The translations under genes were made by a program, and so were the position numbers. Shown in pieces: positions 19,118 through 29,160 of a stretch of DNA of 61,567 bases; positions within the stretch are counted from its first letter, which is position 1, and every line of letters begins with the position of its first letter. Source of the stretch: an uncultured Bacillales bacterium (GTDB lineage: Bacteria; Bacillota_I; Bacilli_A; RF39; UBA660); NCBI GenBank assembly GCA_946611235.1, contig CAMODE010000050.1:1-61567 (forward strand). Direction: 5' to 3'. A model generated the notes under the pieces. That model did no database searches, had not been told where the DNA came from, and saw only the letters and a list, made by a program, of their open reading frames with translations.

Positions 19118-21427
19118 TTAATTTTTTTCTTTTCTTTTTTTTCTTTCATTATATACTCCTCTTATTCTATTAACTATTTTATCATATAACTCCTCAAAGA
19201 AATCAATAACATAAGTATCAATAAAAGCAAAAAGTAAAATTAAAACGACACTTATTATACTAAATTTTGAAACTAAAAACAAGTCTGGAAATATTATTAA
19301 TATTAAAGTAAATGAAATACTGCAAAATATAAGTAATACTTTTCTAAGTAAACTAAGTGGTTTACATATTGTATATAGGAGTCTTAAAGTAATAAAACCA
19401 GTAAGAGACACTACTACCAAACGATATGTTTCAAAGTCTTTATGAAATAATGTACATATCATCATAATAACAAAAATATTAAGTACTACTACTAATCCAT
19501 TAGATAAAGCATTTCTAAATACTTTAATAAGAAAATTCTTTTCTGATTTATTATAATTAGGTTCAAAAGCTAAAAAGAATGATGGAATACCTACACAAAA
19601 AGCACTAATTAAAGATAATTGTACTGGATAAAAAGGATACTCATATCCCATAAAGATAACAAGTAGTGATAAAAAGAATGAATAAGCCGTTTTAATTAAA
19701 TACATCGATGATACTCTCTCGATATTATTAACTACTCTTCTGCCTTCATTAACAATACTAGGTAAATTAGAAAAATCATCATCCGTTAGTATTACTTCTG
19801 ATACACCTCTTGCCGCACTAACACCACTTCCTAGTGATATACCACAGTCTGCCTCTTTAAGACCTAATATATCATTAACACCATCGCCAATCATTGAAAC
19901 AGTATTATTTTTCTTTAATGCTTTAATAACTCTCTGTTTATCTTGCGGTTTCATTCTACCAAAGATCTTCTTCTCATTAGCTACTTTAATAAGTTCTTCA
20001 TCACTTTCCGGTAAATCCTTACCTTCAATATATAAATCATATCCTTCAAAATCAAGACTTTTTAATATATTTGAAACAGTAATCGGATTATCTCCTGATA
20101 TTACTTTAATATCTACTCCCTCTTCTTTAAAATACTTAAGTGTATCTTTAGCAGACGCTCTAACATTATCCTTAAGAATAATAAAAGCCACAATCTTTTT
20201 ATCTTCTCCTCTAGCTAAAGTAAGAATTCTATATCCCTTATTTAAGGAATCATCTAATTCACTATAATCAGTTACTTTTTTATCTGTAATATATTCAAGT
20301 GCTCCTAAATAATAATTAACATTATCAATATTTGTAATACTACACTTCATTGCAGATGAAAAAGGAGTCCTATCTATTACATTTAAATCATTTTTAACAC
20401 CAAACTTCTTTTTTAAAGCAATATCCGTAGCATTATTAGCTTCTTCCGTTAAAATATTAGATATTATATCATAAACATTAATTCTCTTATCCATAGTAAT
20501 AACATCCACTACTTCCATTGTACCATCTGTAATTGTACCAGTCTTATCTAAACATAATACATCAGTACAAGATAAAATTTCAATGCCATGTAGTTTTTGA
20601 ATAATTACTTTTCTTTTTGCCATCTTAACAACGCCCGCTGTTAAAGCAATCGAAGTAAGAAGTACTAATCCTTCAGGTATCATCCCAATAATACCTGCTA
20701 CTGCTCCTAGTACTGCTTCACTATAACTTTGATGACTAAAGAAATACTGACTTACAAATAGCATAATACCTACTGGTACAATTAAAATTGTAATAACCTT
20801 AAAGATACTATTAATCGTTCTTTGTAGAAAAGAAGAATTGTCTTTAATTTCCGATGCTTCTCTTACTAAATTACTAGCATAATCATTACTTCCAATACTA
20901 ATTACTTTAGCATATCCATTACCACTAGTAACAAAAGAGCCAGACATAATCTTATCATCTTTTCTCTTTATAATAGCATCAGCTTCTCCTGTTATAATTG
21001 ATTCATCGACCTCTAAAGATGATGATTTAAGTACCATTAAATCAGTAACAATAGAATCTCCTGATGATAAAAAAATAACATCATCCATAACAATTTCTTC
21101 TTTAGGAATAACTTCTTTTTTACCACTTCGAATAACTGTTACTTCATCTTTTTTATTAATCTTAATATTATCTAGTATTCTTTTAGCTTTAATTTCCTGA
21201 TAAATAGATATAAAAGTATTAAAAATAATTGTTGTAACAAAAGTAGCATTTTGAATATAACCAGTAGTTAATACTAATACAAATAAAGAAATATTTAAAA
21301 TATTAAACAAAGTAATTGTATTACTTCGAATAATTTGTTTAACACTTCTTGTATTCTTAACATCTATATTGTTAGATAAACCATTTTCTTTACGATATTC
21401 AACTTCTTGATAAGTAAGACCTTCCAT
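19118..21427 (-). CDS. P-type cation-transporting ATPase
   Basis: DESIITGE, IPEGL, DKTGT phosphorylation site, GDGVND. Confidence 0.92.
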   Translation of the reverse strand: MEGLTYQEVEYRKENGLSNNIDVKNTRSVKQIIRSNTITLFNILNISLFVLVLTTGYIQNATFVTTIIFNTFISIYQEIKAKRILDNIKINKKDEVTVIRSGKKEVIPKEEIVMDDVIFLSSGDSIVTDLMVLKSSSLEVDESIITGEADAIIKRKDDKIMSGSFVTSGNGYAKVISIGSNDYASNLVREASEIKDNSSFLQRTINSIFKVITILIVPVGIMLFVSQYFFSHQSYSEAVLGAVAGIIGMIPEGLVLLTSIALTAGVVKMAKRKVIIQKLHGIEILSCTDVLCLDKTGTITDGTMEVVDVITMDKRINVYDIISNILTEEANNATDIALKKKFGVKNDLNVIDRTPFSSAMKCSITNIDNVNYYLGALEYITDKKVTDYSELDDSLNKGYRILTLARGEDKKIVAFIILKDNVRASAKDTLKYFKEEGVDIKVISGDNPITVSNILKSLDFEGYDLYIEGKDLPESDEELIKVANEKKIFGRMKPQDKQRVIKALKKNNTVSMIGDGVNDILGLKEADCGISLGSGVSAARGVSEVILTDDDFSNLPSIVNEGRRVVNNIERVSSMYLIKTAYSFFLSLLVIFMGYEYPFYPVQLSLISAFCVGIPSFFLAFEPNYNKSEKNFLIKVFRNALSNGLVVVLNIFVIMMICTLFHKDFETYRLVVVSLTGFITLRLLYTICKPLSLLRKVLLIFCSISFTLILIIFPDLFLVSKFSIISVVLILLFAFIDTYVIDFFEELYDKIVNRIRGVYNERKKRKEKN

Positions 21428-21445
21428 AATATCCTCCTTTAGAAA

Positions 21446-21462
21446 AAGGGCTAAATGCCCTT
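21446..21462 (-). terminator. Intrinsic terminator
   Basis: AAGGGC-ATTTA-GCCCTT followed by T tract on the minus strand. Confidence 0.55.
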
Positions 21463-21463
21463 A

Positions 21464-22648
21464 TTATCTACTAAAATATCCTCCACCACTATAAACTAAA
21501 GCCGGGAAACCAAATACATTTCTAGGATTAAATGAATGTGAATTAAATGAATAAGCATTATGACCATATGCCATACCAAAATGTAAATGAACACCACCTG
21601 TACAAGCATCATAACTAGCCGTACTTCCTCCACCTACTTCACCAATCTTCGTCATCGGAGTAACAGCTTGTCCTTCACTAACACTAATACTAAGTAAATG
21701 CATATAGACAGTCGTATAAGGTGTCCCATTAACACTATGATATACAAATACCATATTACCACCACAACTAGATCTATATACAACTCTCGCTACTGTACCA
21801 TTTGCAGCACCATATACAGTCGTTCCTTCACTAACACAATCTAAGTCAATACCATGATGTCCACTGACTGATCCACTCCAGTCAGTTCTCTGTCCATATC
21901 CAACATATTCACTAGTAACACAGCCTCTTGCTAAAGGATAATTCCATCCTGTTGCATTAACCATTGTATTAACAGTACCACAAGTAGTAATATTTTCATT
22001 ATCTTTACATCCCTTATCAACATATCTCTTTATTTCTTTCTTCATATCAGCAATATCTTGTTCAATAGTAGTGCCTTCTTCTTGATAACTAGATAAATTA
22101 GCCCTAAGAGTTACCATCTTACTTTCTAACTCTCTACTACTACTCTCTAAATCAGTTTTATTATTAGCAAGAGTCTCTTTCTTCTTTTCTAAAGAACTAA
22201 TAAGTTCCTCTAACTCTTTCATTAAATTATTATTATAATCCGTAAGTTGTGATACAACTGCATATCGATATATAAAATCAGTATAAGAATCAGCTTCAAA
22301 TAAATACTCTAAATATACATTCTCACCTGATGATACCTGAAGAAACTTAAGAAGTTCATTAGTTTCTTCTTTTTTCTTTTCAATCGTATCTTCATTCTCT
22401 TTAATTTCATCTTCTGTATTTTTAATATCATTTTTAATACTAGCAAGTTTACTAGTAATAGTATTAATTTCACTAGTTAAATTATTAATTTGCTCATTAG
22501 TCATATTCTTATTATTTTGAGCTTCACTATACTTTCTTTCTAAAGCACTAAGTTCATTCTTTAAGTCCCCAAGTGTTTTAGCTTCTACTTTATATATTGG
22601 CATAACCATCATCATAGTAATAAAAAGAATAGTTATTAACTTTTTCAT
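21464..22648 (-). CDS. Coiled-coil + M23 peptidase (murein hydrolase/activator)
   Basis: Signal peptide, PcsB-like coiled coil, HHGID and HLHF zinc motifs. Confidence 0.88.
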   Translation of the reverse strand: MKKLITILFITMMMVMPIYKVEAKTLGDLKNELSALERKYSEAQNNKNMTNEQINNLTSEINTITSKLASIKNDIKNTEDEIKENEDTIEKKKEETNELLKFLQVSSGENVYLEYLFEADSYTDFIYRYAVVSQLTDYNNNLMKELEELISSLEKKKETLANNKTDLESSSRELESKMVTLRANLSSYQEEGTTIEQDIADMKKEIKRYVDKGCKDNENITTCGTVNTMVNATGWNYPLARGCVTSEYVGYGQRTDWSGSVSGHHGIDLDCVSEGTTVYGAANGTVARVVYRSSCGGNMVFVYHSVNGTPYTTVYMHLLSISVSEGQAVTPMTKIGEVGGGSTASYDACTGGVHLHFGMAYGHNAYSFNSHSFNPRNVFGFPALVYSGGGYFSR

Positions 22649-22800
22649 ACACATCACATCTTTCATTAACATTATATATTAATTAATAATTTTAGTCAAC
22701 AACTCTTACTTTTTTTTTAATATTGGTACTTTTTTTTAATATTGGCTTATAAAAAAATAAAAGTCCCATTTTTATTCATGGAACTTTTTATATTAACAAC

Positions 22801-23013
22801 TTATTTAGTTTGATAATTTGATCCGCTAAGTTGGTTTTCTCCTAATTTAACTAATCTCTTAGTAATTTCTCCACCAACTGAACCATTAGCTCTAGAAGTT
22901 GCATCTGGTCCTAAATTAACACCAAATTCATTAGCTATTTCATATTTCATTCTTTCGATAGCTTGTTTAGCTCCTGGAACTACCATTTTACTATTTGAAC
23001 TGTTATTACTCAT
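22801..23013 (-). CDS. Alpha/beta-type small acid-soluble spore protein
   Basis: [27 protein letters not shown]. Confidence 0.95.
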   Translation of the reverse strand: MSNNSSNSKMVVPGAKQAIERMKYEIANEFGVNLGPDATSRANGSVGGEITKRLVKLGENQLSGSNYQTK

Positions 23014-23088
23014 TTTCGTTTCACCTCCTACACTAATAGGTTGTGAAATTAATGAATTTTAATACTCTTTATTTAATGGTAATTTTTT

Positions 23089-24261
23089 CTAGATATCAAA
23101 CTTCTTATTATCTTTTTTTATCTTAATAATTTCTCTACTATTTATAGCATCATCAATAAGTTTTTCATAATCAAAACTTTGTTCATACTCTATTGCTTTA
23201 TCTATATCAGGATTAATAACAGGATGTTTAGGTAAAAATATCGTACAACAATCTTCATATGGAAGAATTGAAGTTTCATAAGTATCAATCTTTCTAGCAA
23301 TATCTATTATTTCTAATTTATCTAAACATGCTACTGGTCTTATTACTGGAACACTTGTAACACTATTTATTACTCTCATACTAGTAAGAGTTTGACTAGC
23401 TACTTGACCTACTGATTCACCATTTATTAAACATAACAAATTATTTTTTTCCATTATTTTATTTGCTATTCGATACATCATTCTTCGCATTATGGTTATC
23501 ATATATGTAGGGTCGATATTTTTATAAATCGCCTCTTGAATATCTGTAAATCTTACAATATGTAGTGTAATATTTGCATCATATTTATTAAGTTTCTCTA
23601 CTAATGTTTTTACTTTGTTTTTAGCCATCTCACTTGTATGTGGTGGCGACTCAAAATAAACACACTCCAGTCTGATTCCCCTTTTCATAGCTAAATATCC
23701 CGCTACTGGGGAATCAATTCCTCCTGATAACATAAGAAGGCCTTTGCCTGCTACTCCTACTGGATAGCCGCCAGAGGCTTTTATTTCTTTTTCATATATA
23801 TAAGAATAATCTTCTCTTATTTCTATTTTTAATAAATATTCTGGATTATGAACATCAACTTTAATATTATCAATATTTTTTAAAAGTAATGCTCCTATTC
23901 TTCTACTAAAATCCATACTAGGAATAGTAAATGTTTTATCTGCTCGATCTGTTTCTACTTTAAAAGTTTTAAAATCCATATTTTTAGCAACTTCTAATAC
24001 TTTAGATTCTATTTCTTCAGTATTAGTATTTACTCTATGAGCTATAACTATACTATGAATACCAAAGATATTTTTTAATATATTAGTTATTTCTTCAATA
24101 TTATCATCAGTCTCTATAAACATTCTAACCCTATTTTTTATAATTCTAACATCATATCCATCTAAGGCTTTCTTAATATTATTGTATAGAATATTTATAA
24201 ATAAATTTCTATTACCACTTTTAGTAGTTAATTCTCCATATTTTATTAGTATTAATTTCAT
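23089..24261 (-). CDS. thiI: tRNA 4-thiouridine synthase ThiI
   Basis: KYGELTTK, THUMP domain, LSGGIDSPVA, GQVASQT, EDCC. Confidence 0.95.
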   Translation of the reverse strand: MKLILIKYGELTTKSGNRNLFINILYNNIKKALDGYDVRIIKNRVRMFIETDDNIEEITNILKNIFGIHSIVIAHRVNTNTEEIESKVLEVAKNMDFKTFKVETDRADKTFTIPSMDFSRRIGALLLKNIDNIKVDVHNPEYLLKIEIREDYSYIYEKEIKASGGYPVGVAGKGLLMLSGGIDSPVAGYLAMKRGIRLECVYFESPPHTSEMAKNKVKTLVEKLNKYDANITLHIVRFTDIQEAIYKNIDPTYMITIMRRMMYRIANKIMEKNNLLCLINGESVGQVASQTLTSMRVINSVTSVPVIRPVACLDKLEIIDIARKIDTYETSILPYEDCCTIFLPKHPVINPDIDKAIEYEQSFDYEKLIDDAINSREIIKIKKDNKKFDI

Positions 24262-24277
24262 TTATATCAATCCATTT

Positions 24278-24640
24278 CTATGATGCATTTGCACAATCAC
24301 TATCATTATCTTTAAATACATATTTATTAGATATATACTTTACGCAACAAGTATTATCACAAATATCATTTATTTCAATACCAGGTATATCTTGATCATT
24401 TATTAATGATGATACTAACACTCCATCTATCTCACTAGCAGAACTATGTCTATCAAAATAAAGTTCTGCGGATGATTCAAGAAGTTGTATTTTTGCATCT
24501 TTTTGTTTTTGTTTACTTCTTTCTATTGAAGAAGTAATATTAGGAAGAGCTATTCCCATTATAATTACAAGTATAGCTATTACTGCCATTAATTCAATTA
24601 ACGTAAATCCTTTTCTATTTAATCTTTTCATTCTTATCAC
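24278..24640 (-). CDS. Type IV prepilin / ComG-like pseudopilin
   Basis: KGFTLIELMAVIAIL class III signal. Confidence 0.85.
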   Translation of the reverse strand: MIRMKRLNRKGFTLIELMAVIAILVIIMGIALPNITSSIERSKQKQKDAKIQLLESSAELYFDRHSSASEIDGVLVSSLINDQDIPGIEINDICDNTCCVKYISNKYVFKDNDSDCANAS

Positions 24641-24680
24641 CTACATTAAGTATAAAGTATTTTTATTTTTTATACAATAA

Positions 24681-27212
24681 CTATTTAATTTTTTCTTTTA
24701 ATTTACTCAAAATATTTATAGCATCAATTGGTGTAATATTAAGTATATCTATTTTTTTTAGTTCTTCTTCTACAACACTACTATGTTCTTCAAAATTAAG
24801 AGGAAGCGTTGTCTGAATATAGACATCTTTTTTCTTTTCTTTTGATTCATATGTTTTTAAGATAGAGTCTGCTCTTTCTATTACAGAAGTTGGTAAGCCT
24901 GCTAATTTTGCAACATTTATTCCATAACTTTTATCGACACATCCATCTTTTACTTTATGAAGGAATGTAATATTACCTTCTTCCTCTACGGCTGAAACAT
25001 GCTTATTTTTTAGATTTTTAAGTGTCTTTTCCATATCTGTTAATTCATGATAGTGTGTTGAAAATAATGTCTTACATTTAATATTATTCGCAATATACTC
25101 TAAAATAGCTTCTGCTAAGCTCATACCATCAAAAGTAGCAGTACCACGTCCCAATTCATCAAATAATATTAAACTATTTTTTGTAGCAAAACGAATAGCC
25201 CGAGAGGCTTCTTTCATTTCAACCATAAAAGTAGATTCTCCACTTACTAAGTCATCAGAAGCTCCAATTCTTGTAAAGATTTTATCAAAGATTGGAAGAG
25301 TTGCCTCTCTAGCAGGTACAAAGCATCCTATCTGTGCCATAATTGAAATAATACCAAGTTGTCTCATATAAGTAGATTTACCTGCCATATTAGGTCCAGT
25401 AATAAGTAAGATATCCGTATCTTTATCCATAATAATATCATTGGGTACATATTCTTCTCCCTTTAATACTTTTTCGACAACTGGGTGTCTAGATTCAATG
25501 ACATTTATTTCATTAGTACTAGTAATTGTTGGTCTTACATAATTATATTTTTCACTAACTAGAGCAAAAGATTCTAAAACATCTACTTCACTTATTACTT
25601 TAGCTATTTTTTGTAAAACAGATATATATTCTTTACACTTATCTCTAATACCACAAAATAAATCATATTCTAAATTAATAATTTTATCTTCCGCAGATAG
25701 TATTAAGTCTTCTTTTTCTTTAAGTAAAGGAGTAATAAATCTTTCACAATTAGCAAGCGTTTGTTTTCTAATATACCCCATATCATCTGTTATTAAGTTT
25801 AAATTACCTTTCGATACTTCAATAAAATAACCAAATACTTTATTAAATCCAACTTTAAGATTCTTAATACCTGTTCTTTCTCTTTCTTCTATTTCAAATT
25901 TACTAATAAAGTCTTTGCCACCTTTACTCAAAGACTTTAATTCATCTAATTCACTAGAATAACCTTCTTTAATTAAGTATCCTTCTTTTAAACTATTAGG
26001 AGGTTCTTCATATATTGATTTTTCTAATAAATCATATAAATCATCTAAGGTATCAATAGTATCATAATACTTTATCTTCGATAGTTTTTCTTTAATACTA
26101 GGAAGGACTTTTAAAGAACTTTTTAATTGTAATAAATCTTTTGCAGAAGCACTACCAAAACTAATTCTTCCACATAATCTTTCTAAGTCATATACTTCAT
26201 ATAAATCATTACGAAGTTCTTCAGCGGTTATAAAGTCTTCGAGCAAATTAGTTACAATATTGTATCTTTTATTTATTTCAGTTATATCTAAAAGGGGATT
26301 TTCAATAAAGGATTTAAGTCTTCTACTACCCATCGCAGTTTTAGTATTATCTAAAAGCCAAAGTAGTGAGTATGTTCTTTCTTTAGTTCTTAAGTTTTCA
26401 GTTAATTCTAAGTTTCTTTTGGTATGAATATCCATTTCCATAAAGTCATTCTTTTTTATTATTTTTACTTTTTGGAAATGCGATAGCTCTCTTTTTTGAT
26501 CTATATTTAGATAATATAATAAATATTTAATAGATTTAATTACTCTATCATCAGTAATATCTTCATAGATATTAGTATACTCATTGTCTAGTAAATTATC
26601 ATTATATGATATGGGAACTTTATTATCTTTTAGACTTCCTATTAATACTTTATCAGTAGTAGTATTAGTAACTAATTCTTTTATTTCTAAAGACAATACT
26701 TTATATATAATATCAGTATTATTTTTTTCTAATATTTCAGAGTATATTTCACCAGTAGTAATATCAGAGTATGTTAGTACTACTCCATATTCAAAATCAT
26801 ATAAAAAACCTATATAGTTATTTTCTTTTTCATTTAATGAATTAGCATTAATAATCGTACCAGAAGATATTATCTCAGTAATATCTCTTTTTACTATTCC
26901 CTTTGCAAATTTAGGATCTTCCAACTGCTCACAGATAGCTACTTTAAACCCTTTTTTAATTAATTTATCGATATATACTTCCGCAGCATGATGTGGTATT
27001 CCGCACATTGGTACTCTCTCTTCTAGTCCAGCGCTCTTTCCCGTTAGGGTAAGTTCTAAAGCATGAGATACAACTTCAGCATCTTCAAAAAACATTTCAT
27101 AGAAGTCTCCTAATCTATATAATATTATTGTATCCTCATATTTATCTTTAAGTTCTACATAATGCCTCATCATCGGTGATAATTTATCTCTATTTACATC
27201 ATTTCTTTTCAT
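24681..27212 (-). CDS. mutS: DNA mismatch repair protein MutS
   Basis: GDFYEMF, TGPNMAGKSTYMRQ, STFMVEM, DELGRGT, THYHEL. Confidence 0.98.
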   Translation of the reverse strand: MKRNDVNRDKLSPMMRHYVELKDKYEDTIILYRLGDFYEMFFEDAEVVSHALELTLTGKSAGLEERVPMCGIPHHAAEVYIDKLIKKGFKVAICEQLEDPKFAKGIVKRDITEIISSGTIINANSLNEKENNYIGFLYDFEYGVVLTYSDITTGEIYSEILEKNNTDIIYKVLSLEIKELVTNTTTDKVLIGSLKDNKVPISYNDNLLDNEYTNIYEDITDDRVIKSIKYLLYYLNIDQKRELSHFQKVKIIKKNDFMEMDIHTKRNLELTENLRTKERTYSLLWLLDNTKTAMGSRRLKSFIENPLLDITEINKRYNIVTNLLEDFITAEELRNDLYEVYDLERLCGRISFGSASAKDLLQLKSSLKVLPSIKEKLSKIKYYDTIDTLDDLYDLLEKSIYEEPPNSLKEGYLIKEGYSSELDELKSLSKGGKDFISKFEIEERERTGIKNLKVGFNKVFGYFIEVSKGNLNLITDDMGYIRKQTLANCERFITPLLKEKEDLILSAEDKIINLEYDLFCGIRDKCKEYISVLQKIAKVISEVDVLESFALVSEKYNYVRPTITSTNEINVIESRHPVVEKVLKGEEYVPNDIIMDKDTDILLITGPNMAGKSTYMRQLGIISIMAQIGCFVPAREATLPIFDKIFTRIGASDDLVSGESTFMVEMKEASRAIRFATKNSLILFDELGRGTATFDGMSLAEAILEYIANNIKCKTLFSTHYHELTDMEKTLKNLKNKHVSAVEEEGNITFLHKVKDGCVDKSYGINVAKLAGLPTSVIERADSILKTYESKEKKKDVYIQTTLPLNFEEHSSVVEEELKKIDILNITPIDAINILSKLKEKIK

Positions 27213-27354
27213 ACTACTAACCTTCTTTTTTCTTTTATATTATAACATCTAAAGGAAATATTGTAAATTATTAATTTATATTAATTATGTTTTAAATAAT
27301 GTTTAAAGAAAGAATAATTTCATATAATAATAATGCAAATGTTAGTTTGCAAAA

Positions 27355-27398
27355 ATTTTATACAAAATATTGACTTTTTGTATAAAATATAGTATATT
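27355..27398 (+). promoter_or_regulatory. cptIN promoter with 13-bp inverted repeat around the -35
   Basis: TTGACT(27370)-17nt-TATATT; arms ATTTTATACAAAA (27355-27367) and TTTTGTATAAAAT (27376-27388). Confidence 0.7.
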
Positions 27399-27428
27399 AT
27401 TATTGCATTCGAAAAAGTGCATTAATAA

Positions 27429-27540
27429 GAAAATGTTTCTCGCTTCCGGGTGGCTAGCGAGTAATAAGTAATCCCGGTCGACAATGTTTCTCGCTTCTGG
27501 GTGGCTAGCGAGTAATAAGTAATCCCAGTTGAAAATATTT
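27429..27540 (+). ncRNA. cptI: Type III antitoxin RNA (CptI-like), 2.2 x 51-nt tandem repeats
   Basis: Repeats at 27429 and 27480 plus a partial third at 27531; H-type pseudoknot CUCGCU/AGCGAG and CCGGG/CCCGG (CUGGG/CCCAG in copy 2). Confidence 0.88.
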
Positions 27541-27574
27541 GAAAACTTCTATCATATGATAGAGTTTTCTTTTT
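27541..27574 (+). terminator. Terminator between antitoxin repeats and toxin gene
   Basis: GAAAACT-TCTATCA-TA-TGATAGA-GTTTTC-TTTTT; the usual type III TA arrangement. Confidence 0.8.
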
Positions 27575-27610
27575 ATATATGTTATACTTATTTACAGGAG
27601 TTGATAATCT

Positions 27611-28087
27611 ATGAAAATTGAAACAGGATACCTTTATCATATTAAAGATGAATTTTTTGACATAGTAAATGATGAAAATCTTATGACTAATCATGAAAGA
27701 GGAAAGAAACGTCCAACATATTTTACTATTAAGGATAAGAATATTTTATGGTTTATTCCTCTTAGTTCTAAGGTAGATAAATATAGAAATATAGTTGATA
27801 AAAAAGTTAAAAAGTTTGGTTTTTGTAATACAATATTAATTGAAAAAGTATTTGATAGCGATGCTGCTATACTCTTGCAAAATGCTTTTCCTACACTAGA
27901 AAAATATATAGACCATGTACATACTATAGATGGTAAACCTTCTAGAGTGCCAGAAAAACTAGAAAAGATAATATTAGAAAACTTTAATAATTTAATGAAA
28001 TTAAAGAAACGTGGTATTAATTTATTTTTTACCAATATAGATAAAATTAAAAAGCAAATGTTAGATGAATTAAAACTATCAAAATAA
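27611..28087 (+). CDS. cptN: Type III toxin-antitoxin endoribonuclease toxin, CptN family
   Basis: GYLYHIKDEFF, LMTN, RP, LWFIPLSSKV.KY, LLQNAFP...YID; downstream of repeats and terminator. Confidence 0.88.
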   Translation: MKIETGYLYHIKDEFFDIVNDENLMTNHERGKKRPTYFTIKDKNILWFIPLSSKVDKYRNIVDKKVKKFGFCNTILIEKVFDSDAAILLQNAFPTLEKYIDHVHTIDGKPSRVPEKLEKIILENFNNLMKLKKRGINLFFTNIDKIKKQMLDELKLSK

Positions 28088-28109
28088 TGTAAATTATCTT
28101 GATAGTTTT

Positions 28110-29066
28110 TTATATATTAATTACTTCATCTTTTTTAATCTTAAGCGGATTATCTGTAGTAAATACTAATTTATCATAATTATCTTCAAAAAATTTACTA
28201 CTTACTCTATTGCAAAATTCATTTATATCATAATCACTATTTAAAACATAAAGATAAGCATTACCACATTTATTAATAACATATTTTAAAGTTTTTTCAT
28301 TAATAGCATCACTAAACTTCATAAAGAAAGTATTAGAAAATATCTTTCTATTAACTCTATTAGTATTATTACTATTTACTTTAGGAAAATTATCTGTTTT
28401 AATTCTTAAAGATACATAGTCTATACTACTAATTAATTTAGATAACATTACCATAACTTTATAATCACATAATAAATCACTTTTAGTAATATCATAATTA
28501 TGACTCTTTTGAATACCTTTAAGTAATACTAAATTATATGGATAAAAAGATAAATGAATAATATTATTTTTAAGATTAGGATATTTATTTATGATATTCG
28601 CTAGCGAAGAAAGATTCTTTTTATTAAAAAATACTATATCTTTACTCTCAATTTGAATAACTCTACTACCTAATAAAGAACTATTTAAATTAAAGTAATC
28701 AAGTATTTCTTCTAAAGCAACTATCTTAAAAGTAAAAGATTTATTATTACCATTAATACTCTTTCTAAAAGTAAAACTCACATCTTTAAGTTCTTTTAAT
28801 GTATAAGATTTAACAAAGCCCCTACCACTAGATATATCATCAATATATTTATCATGTATAACTACTGGTACATTATCTTTAGTAAAGCATATATCAAATT
28901 CAAATCCATATAAACTACCAAGCATTTCTTTATTATTAAATATTTCTTCTAATACATTAATAGAATTTTCTGGATACTTAGTCATTTCAAAACCCAATCT
29001 ATGAGCTATATATTTCATATCACCAATTCTATTAATAAATTCCTTATATTCCATAATAATCCTCAC
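28110..29066 (-). CDS. Glycerophosphodiester phosphodiesterase-like protein
   Basis: IAHRLG, PENS, EFDICFTKDNVPVVIHD, IESK, TDNP. Confidence 0.8.
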   Translation of the reverse strand: MRIIMEYKEFINRIGDMKYIAHRLGFEMTKYPENSINVLEEIFNNKEMLGSLYGFEFDICFTKDNVPVVIHDKYIDDISSGRGFVKSYTLKELKDVSFTFRKSINGNNKSFTFKIVALEEILDYFNLNSSLLGSRVIQIESKDIVFFNKKNLSSLANIINKYPNLKNNIIHLSFYPYNLVLLKGIQKSHNYDITKSDLLCDYKVMVMLSKLISSIDYVSLRIKTDNFPKVNSNNTNRVNRKIFSNTFFMKFSDAINEKTLKYVINKCGNAYLYVLNSDYDINEFCNRVSSKFFEDNYDKLVFTTDNPLKIKKDEVINI

Positions 29067-29160
29067 TTATTTCACACAAACTAATTATAGCAATATTTTT
29101 ATTAAAAGACAATTGTTATTTTAAGTAAAATAATATATAATTAATTAGAAGGTGTTATAA

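Noticed and set aside
27429..27540. CRISPR array
   Set aside because: Repeats are contiguous 51-mers with no unique spacers and no cas genes; layout fits a type III antitoxin.
27422..28035. Minus-strand ORFs 27422-27694 and 27691-28035
   Set aside because: Antisense shadows of the cptI repeats and cptN; the repeated peptide only mirrors the RNA repeat.
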